64,000 nucleotides of DNA, from assembly GCA_963719515.1 (NCBI GenBank), contig CAVRCJ010000008.1, positions 90,911 to 154,910 on the forward strand. The letters run 5' to 3'. Shown in pieces: positions 59,000 through 64,000 of the stretch. The translations under genes and the position numbers were made by a program. Position 1 is the first letter of the stretch. Every line of letters starts with the position of its first letter. This stretch comes from an uncultured cyanobacterium (GTDB taxonomy: Bacteria; Cyanobacteriota; Cyanobacteriia; CAKZMO01). The notes under the pieces were generated by a model. The model did no database searches. It was not told the origin of the DNA and saw only the letters and a list, made by a program, of their open reading frames with translations.

Positions 59000-59826
59000 T
59001 GAAAATCCTCCGCAGACCCCTTTTCCTGATCCTATCGGCCGCATTGCTTGGCGGTTGTGCCACCACTTCCCGAACGGATCGCGACGATCTTGCAAGTGGT
59101 GAGAGTGTCCTGATTGAAGACGAGTTCGACGGTAAGTCGGTCGTGGCGAGCGATGGCGAATACGATGACCTTGATGAATACGATGCGGTCACGGTGCCGG
59201 ATCCGCTCGAACCTCTGAACCGGGCGACGTTCATGCTGAACGAAGGCGTCTACATCGTTCTTTTGCGTCCGATTACCAAGGGCTACGAGTTCATCATCCC
59301 GACTCCCGGCCGCACGGCGTTGTCGAACGTGTTCGAAAACGTGAAGTATCCCGTTCGGTTCGTGAATAGCCTGCTCCAGGGGAAATTCGAACGGATGGCG
59401 CAGGAGACCGGAAAATTTCTGCTGAACAGTTCGGTCGGCGTGGGTGGTATCTGGAAACCATCTGACAAGGTGGCGGATCTGCGGAACCTTCCGACGGTCG
59501 ACACCGCGCAGACCTTCGCGAAGTGGGGGATTCCGCACGGCGCGTATTTGGTTTTGCCCGTGCTTGGGCCCAATAGCATCCGCGACGCGGTCGGCTGGGC
59601 GGGCGACGCGGCGTTGAATCCGGTGACTTACGTCGGGTTTTTCTACAACGGGAAATTCTTTAGCGATACGTATGACTGGACGGTCGCCATCCCGGCGGCC
59701 AACGCTCTGCGGGCTCTGCCGGAGGCAATGGACACCTACGATGCCGCGACGGAGAACGCGCTCGACCCCTACGTCTCGGCGCGGACGTTCTACATTCAGT
59801 ATCGTGAGCAAGTCGCCGCGAAGTAG
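58999..59826 (+). CDS. mlaA: VacJ/MlaA lipoprotein
   Basis: Lipobox LGGC, DPLEPLNRATF, QTFAKWG...YLVLPVLGP.S.RD, DPY...R..Y.QYR. Confidence 0.92.
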   Translation: MKILRRPLFLILSAALLGGCATTSRTDRDDLASGESVLIEDEFDGKSVVASDGEYDDLDEYDAVTVPDPLEPLNRATFMLNEGVYIVLLRPITKGYEFIIPTPGRTALSNVFENVKYPVRFVNSLLQGKFERMAQETGKFLLNSSVGVGGIWKPSDKVADLRNLPTVDTAQTFAKWGIPHGAYLVLPVLGPNSIRDAVGWAGDAALNPVTYVGFFYNGKFFSDTYDWTVAIPAANALRALPEAMDTYDAATENALDPYVSARTFYIQYREQVAAK

Positions 59827-59879
59827 CGGACGCGGCTGACTTAAGCGCTCCCACAGGGGGAGCCTCGCTCTGGACCGTT

Positions 59880-60102
59880 TGTCGGCCAGCAGGTCGGCCG
59901 TCACGGGGACGTCTTTGATGATCTGTCTTCGCTGGGGGACGACGCCAATGTAGCGAAGATTGGTCGGATTCGGTTCCACTGCGGCGACGGCGACGGTCGC
60001 CCGGAGGAGCGCGGTGACGTAGCGCCGGGCGTTGGTTGGGAGGTCGGCGTGGTGGCGGACGGTGGAGATGTCTTCGGACCAACCGGGGTGCCATTCGTAA
60101 TG
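59880..60102 (-). pseudogene. purA: Adenylosuccinate synthetase (PurA) C-terminal remnant
   Basis: Manual translation HYEWHPGWSEDISTVRHHADLPTNARRYV...NLRYIGVVPQRRQIIKDVP; no start or upstream body. Confidence 0.7.
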
Positions 60103-60389
60103 GGTTTCAGGGAAAGGGGGCAGGGGGGGAAGAGCTGAGTGTGCAAAAAGCCCTCGTCCGCCCCTCCCGCCGCACGCCTCCCGCGACCGAGGCCTGATCC
60201 CGTCACCCTCCGCGCCTCAGCGTCTCTGCGCGAGACCCCTTACCGCATCCTTTCGCAGCTTCGCGTGATAATCCGGACCCCGGCGAGCCTTCGGCGCTTA
60301 TCCTGTGCCGGCCTTCGCCACGATCCCGCCACCGATCAGCGCCTGACCGCACGCCGGTGAACGACTTCGCAAAATTGCCTCACTCCGCC

Positions 60390-62534
60390 CTACCGCGTCG
60401 CCCGCAGCCGCAGCGTCGTGCGTGCCGTCGCTGTCGCCGATGGCTCCACCTCGCTCGTCGCGTGCAGGCGCACCTTCACCGTGCGCCGCACCGCGATCCG
60501 CCGCCGCGTCCGGGCCTCCACGACCACCCGCGCGCTCCCGCCCGCTGGCAGCGCGATCACCGCGTTACCCGAGCGCACCGCGTTCGTAATCGTCTGGCCG
60601 TCCAGCGTCGTCACCACCTTCACCGGCGGCTTGCGCCGCGGCTTCGACGGCCGCGGCGGGCGTGGCCCCGGATTGTGCGGCTGCACGCTCTTGCTCTGCG
60701 CCAGCCGGAATGTCGTCGTCGTGCTCCCCGTATTCGTCACGAAAAACACCGCCCGATCCCCGCGATTGCGCACCGACAGCGTCACACCGTAGTTCGGCTC
60801 CGGCGGCGCTGGCGGCGCGGGCGCTGGCACCATGAACGTGAGCGCATTCCCCGACAGAGCGACCTGACCGGCGATCCCCGTCACCGTAAAGTCCCCTGCC
60901 GAAAATCCCGCGACGCTTCCAAACGTCATCAGCGTGTAGACCCGCCCGATCTCCACACCCCCATCCGTCAGCGCGATCTCGTAGCTTCCCGCCGTCCCCT
61001 TCGTCAGCGCTCCGCTCACCACCGCCGGCGAGAGCGTGTCGTGAATCGTCGTCGCAAAGACGCCGCCCCCATCCCACGTGAGCCCGCCCATCGCCAGCGC
61101 CCCGTCGTCACCCGTCAGCGTCCCGCCCAGCGCCACCTCGCCCGCCAGCCCGCGCATGCCACCCAGCGTCGCAGCCGGAGCTACCGCAACCGTGCCCGAC
61201 CCGAGCGTCCCATCCACCAGCAGCGTTCCGGACTGCAAATCAAAAGTCCCGCTCACCGTGTTCGTCCCCTCGAGAATCAGCAATCCCTCACCGGTCTTGA
61301 CCAGCGCCCCGGCTCCCGCATTGCCTCCCGAACCGCCGCTTCCCGTCTGGTCGGCGATGTCATCGCCGATCGTCTGCGTCTCCCCGTCCCCCACCGCGAA
61401 GGTCACCGTGTTGTCTCCCTGAATGAAAATTCCGCTGCCGAAAGCCGAGCCAGGCTGCCCCACGCTGGAACCGATAGTGCCCCCAGCTCCACCACTCACG
61501 CTCCCATTCGCGGTCGAGCTCGTGCCCGACACCGTCACCCTGCCGCCCGCCATCACGAAGACAGCTCCGCCAGCCCCAAGACCCCCACCAGCGGCGGCAT
61601 TGCCGATGCCTCCTCCGAAGCCGCCTGCGCCCGCGGTGCCCCCGAACGATCCACCGCCGCCACCACCGAAGCCGCCGGCCCCGCCGGAATATCCCGCGCC
61701 ACCACCACCGCCGAAACCTCCAGCACCACCGACGAGTGCGGAGATATTGCTCGTACGGACGCCACCACCGCCGCCACCGAAGCCGCCCGCGGTCCCCAAG
61801 GTACCAAGGCCGCCGCCCGCCGCTTGCGCGAAATAATCCGCCGAGGCTGCCCCGCCGTCCGCGCCCGCGACGATCGTGCTAGCTCCCGCCGTGCCGTTCG
61901 CTCCGCCGCCATTCGCGCTGGCACCCAGCCCGCCACCGCCCCCGTTGGGACCGCCATTCGTAGTGCTACCATCCCCTCCCGCGCCGCCCATGCCACCGCC
62001 GCCGCCCGTCGGGCTCGTACCTCCCGAGTAGGCAGGGTTGGAATCCTCGCCGCCAGCGCCACCCACGGCGGAATTCGTGTCGAAAATCACGTTATCAAGC
62101 GCCAGATCGACATTCGCGTGCACGAAAACGCCGCCGCCCAGTCCCGCTCCCCCGCCGCCGCCCGTCTTTCCATCCGAGCTGCCGCCGGCACCGCCCGCCG
62201 CCACCGCGTTGCGAATCATCAGGTTCGCGATCCCCACCGCGATCCGCCCCGAGGCCGAGTAGGTGAAAAATCCCCGATACATCCCCGCCCCATCCAACGC
62301 ATATCCCGCCCCATCGATCGTCACATCCGCCTGCACCGCGGGCAGGTCGCCCGCCAGCGTGATGTCGTTCGCGAAAGTGATGATGTCGCCATCCTCCACG
62401 GCGATGAGCGCGGAGCGCAGCTCGGCGTCATTCGAGACCGTGAAAGTCTGCGTCGCGGCCTGCGCCCAGGGAGCGACAGCGCTCAGCTGGAGAATTGCGA
62501 GCGAAACGCACAGGAGGAAACGGGATGTTTTCAT
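60390..62534 (-). CDS. Secreted Gly-rich protein with an autotransporter-associated beta-strand repeat
   Basis: Signal peptide (AQA), GGGAGLGGG repeats, LVKTGEGLLILEGTNT..G, Pro linker, basic C-terminal domain. Confidence 0.8.
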   Translation of the reverse strand: MKTSRFLLCVSLAILQLSAVAPWAQAATQTFTVSNDAELRSALIAVEDGDIITFANDITLAGDLPAVQADVTIDGAGYALDGAGMYRGFFTYSASGRIAVGIANLMIRNAVAAGGAGGSSDGKTGGGGGAGLGGGVFVHANVDLALDNVIFDTNSAVGGAGGEDSNPAYSGGTSPTGGGGGMGGAGGDGSTTNGGPNGGGGGLGASANGGGANGTAGASTIVAGADGGAASADYFAQAAGGGLGTLGTAGGFGGGGGGVRTSNISALVGGAGGFGGGGGAGYSGGAGGFGGGGGGSFGGTAGAGGFGGGIGNAAAGGGLGAGGAVFVMAGGRVTVSGTSSTANGSVSGGAGGTIGSSVGQPGSAFGSGIFIQGDNTVTFAVGDGETQTIGDDIADQTGSGGSGGNAGAGALVKTGEGLLILEGTNTVSGTFDLQSGTLLVDGTLGSGTVAVAPAATLGGMRGLAGEVALGGTLTGDDGALAMGGLTWDGGGVFATTIHDTLSPAVVSGALTKGTAGSYEIALTDGGVEIGRVYTLMTFGSVAGFSAGDFTVTGIAGQVALSGNALTFMVPAPAPPAPPEPNYGVTLSVRNRGDRAVFFVTNTGSTTTTFRLAQSKSVQPHNPGPRPPRPSKPRRKPPVKVVTTLDGQTITNAVRSGNAVIALPAGGSARVVVEARTRRRIAVRRTVKVRLHATSEVEPSATATARTTLRLRATR

Positions 62535-62838
62535 GCGATAAATTGCGAAGCCGTCAGACGTTGGCTCAAGCGTTGGAGTTGTAGTGCACCCTGATCATTA
62601 GGCGTAAATTCGTTTTCCGGCAAGCGGGCAAAATAGCTCCCCTACCGCCGCGCGAGGAAGGAATACGCGCGCATCAGTTTCCCAAACTGCACCCGCGAGT
62701 CGAACCACCGCCGGATCTCCGCCCGGTCCGGCAGTATTTACGGAAGGGGTCAGCCGATGAATTCGGATCAAGACCATTGGGACTGGGGTCAAAAAAGCTG
62801 GGGGTCAGAAATGGGGTCAAAATGGGGGAAAGGAGTCA

Positions 62839-63987
62839 TACCATCTCTCGCGGATAAGCTTTCATTCTGCGTGAGGGTTAGTAAGGTATGGCATGGCAGG
62901 AAGAAAATTGAGACTGTGTCAGCCTGAGGTGGCCGCAGTGGTAGCAGAGCTTTACCGCAAGGAGCAGGATGGGCGGCGGAAAAATCGGCTCTTGGCCGTT
63001 AAGTTGGTGGCTGGAGGAGAGCATACTTCACAACAGATTGCGGATCTGTGCGGCATCGCCCGGCCACATCTTTTCGAGTGGTTGAGGACGCTGCGAGATC
63101 GGGGACTTGAAGGGCTATTGAACTACGGCAAACCCGGGCCAAAAGCCGGGACTCGCAAAGGCCTGAGCGCCGAAATAGAGGCTGAATTTGAAGCCAAATT
63201 GGCGGCTGGTGAGTTCGTTACAGCGGTAGCGGCTCAACGGTGGCTCAAAAAGGCCCACGGGGTGGATCGGCCCTACCAAACGGTGTGGCGATGGTTAAAA
63301 AAAGCCGGAGGAGTGCTGTTGGTGCCGCGACCCAGCCACTCCAAAAAGGACCCCGCGGAGCAAGCCAAGTTCCGTGAAGAGCTTGCGGAAAAACTTCTCG
63401 GCTTGGAACTTCCTGCCGGCAGCCGGGTCAAGCTCTGGATGAGCGACGAAGCCCGCTTTGGCCTACACACAGAAATGCGGCGGCTCTGGGCATTGAAAGG
63501 TCAACGTCCAGTGGTGACTCGACAGATCAAATACCAATGGGACTACCTCTACGGATCGCTCGATCTCACTAGCGGCCAGGCCCACTTCTGCCAATTTCCT
63601 TCGGTCAACCAGCAATGGGATCGGGTCTATCTCGAAAACCTTGCCGCCAGCGACACCGAGGCCATCCACGTCGTGATCCGCGATCAGGCTGGGTTCCATC
63701 TCAAAGACGGTGATGCTCGTCTACCTGATCGAGTTCGCCTGATTAACCTCCCGCCTTACTGCCCAGAATTAAATCCATGTGAGCAGCTCTGGGACCTCAT
63801 CAAAGACGAACTCGGCAACCGAGTCTTTGCAACCATCACCGAACTACGCCGGGCGACTCTGCCGGCTTTGGAACGATATTGGGAGGATCCAGGTGCCGTT
63901 CTCTCCCTTATTGGACGCGACTGGCTGCGCGATCAACTAAACTCTTCGCACAAAACTCAAATGTCAGTTTAATCTAGAGAGATGGTA
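62839..63987 (+). mobile_element. Complete IS630-family element
   Basis: Inverted ends (TCA)TACCATCTCTC / GAGAGATGGTA(TGA), consistent with a TA duplication. Confidence 0.88.
62893..63972 (+). CDS. IS630 transposase
   Basis: HTH region, SDEARFG, DQAGFH, LPPYCPELNPCEQLW. Confidence 0.93.
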   Translation: MAGRKLRLCQPEVAAVVAELYRKEQDGRRKNRLLAVKLVAGGEHTSQQIADLCGIARPHLFEWLRTLRDRGLEGLLNYGKPGPKAGTRKGLSAEIEAEFEAKLAAGEFVTAVAAQRWLKKAHGVDRPYQTVWRWLKKAGGVLLVPRPSHSKKDPAEQAKFREELAEKLLGLELPAGSRVKLWMSDEARFGLHTEMRRLWALKGQRPVVTRQIKYQWDYLYGSLDLTSGQAHFCQFPSVNQQWDRVYLENLAASDTEAIHVVIRDQAGFHLKDGDARLPDRVRLINLPPYCPELNPCEQLWDLIKDELGNRVFATITELRRATLPALERYWEDPGAVLSLIGRDWLRDQLNSSHKTQMSV

Positions 63988-64000
63988 TGAGGCCCGCGGG

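Noticed and set aside
60357..62594. 745-aa plus-strand ORF
   Set aside because: Arg/Pro-rich antisense shadow of the GC-rich minus-strand gene.

Overview
Positions 1 to about 55,887 look like a filamentous cyanobacterium (Leptolyngbya/Nodosilinea-like; HIP1 GCGATCGC is frequent). At about 55,888 a DUF411 copper-island gene is cut mid-domain. From there the sequence looks like a different organism (Verrucomicrobia-like, no HIP1 seen) and carries DUF485, an mlaEFDCA operon, a purA remnant, a Gly-rich surface protein and an IS630. The cyanobacterial part holds housekeeping genes (GH15/phosphorylase-kinase-like, WecB, ftsE, FdhF/YdeP, kinases, MacAB-like efflux, SelW-like), a nested IS stack, MITEs and a decaying copper island with three CopR-type boxes. 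The best candidates for undescribed biology are four. (1) A reducing PKS fused to a PLP alpha-oxoamine synthase, clustered with a eukaryote-type 3-ketodihydrosphingosine-reductase-like SDR, an AT-less KS, an IPMDH-like enzyme, a polytopic membrane protein and a PagL-like barrel; this is a candidate sphingoid/amino-lipid pathway. (2) A small protein translationally coupled to an nSTAND-WD40 receptor, with both sharing a 27-aa amyloid-like motif; this is a candidate NLR amyloid signalling pair. (3) A twice-present cassette of sigma70 promoter, ~225-nt covarying multi-hairpin RNA leader and small unknown ORF. (4) An LRR-Roc-COR-TIR protein whose 69-bp repeats vary almost only at three ligand-facing codons. 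All family assignments are from motif recognition, not database searches.
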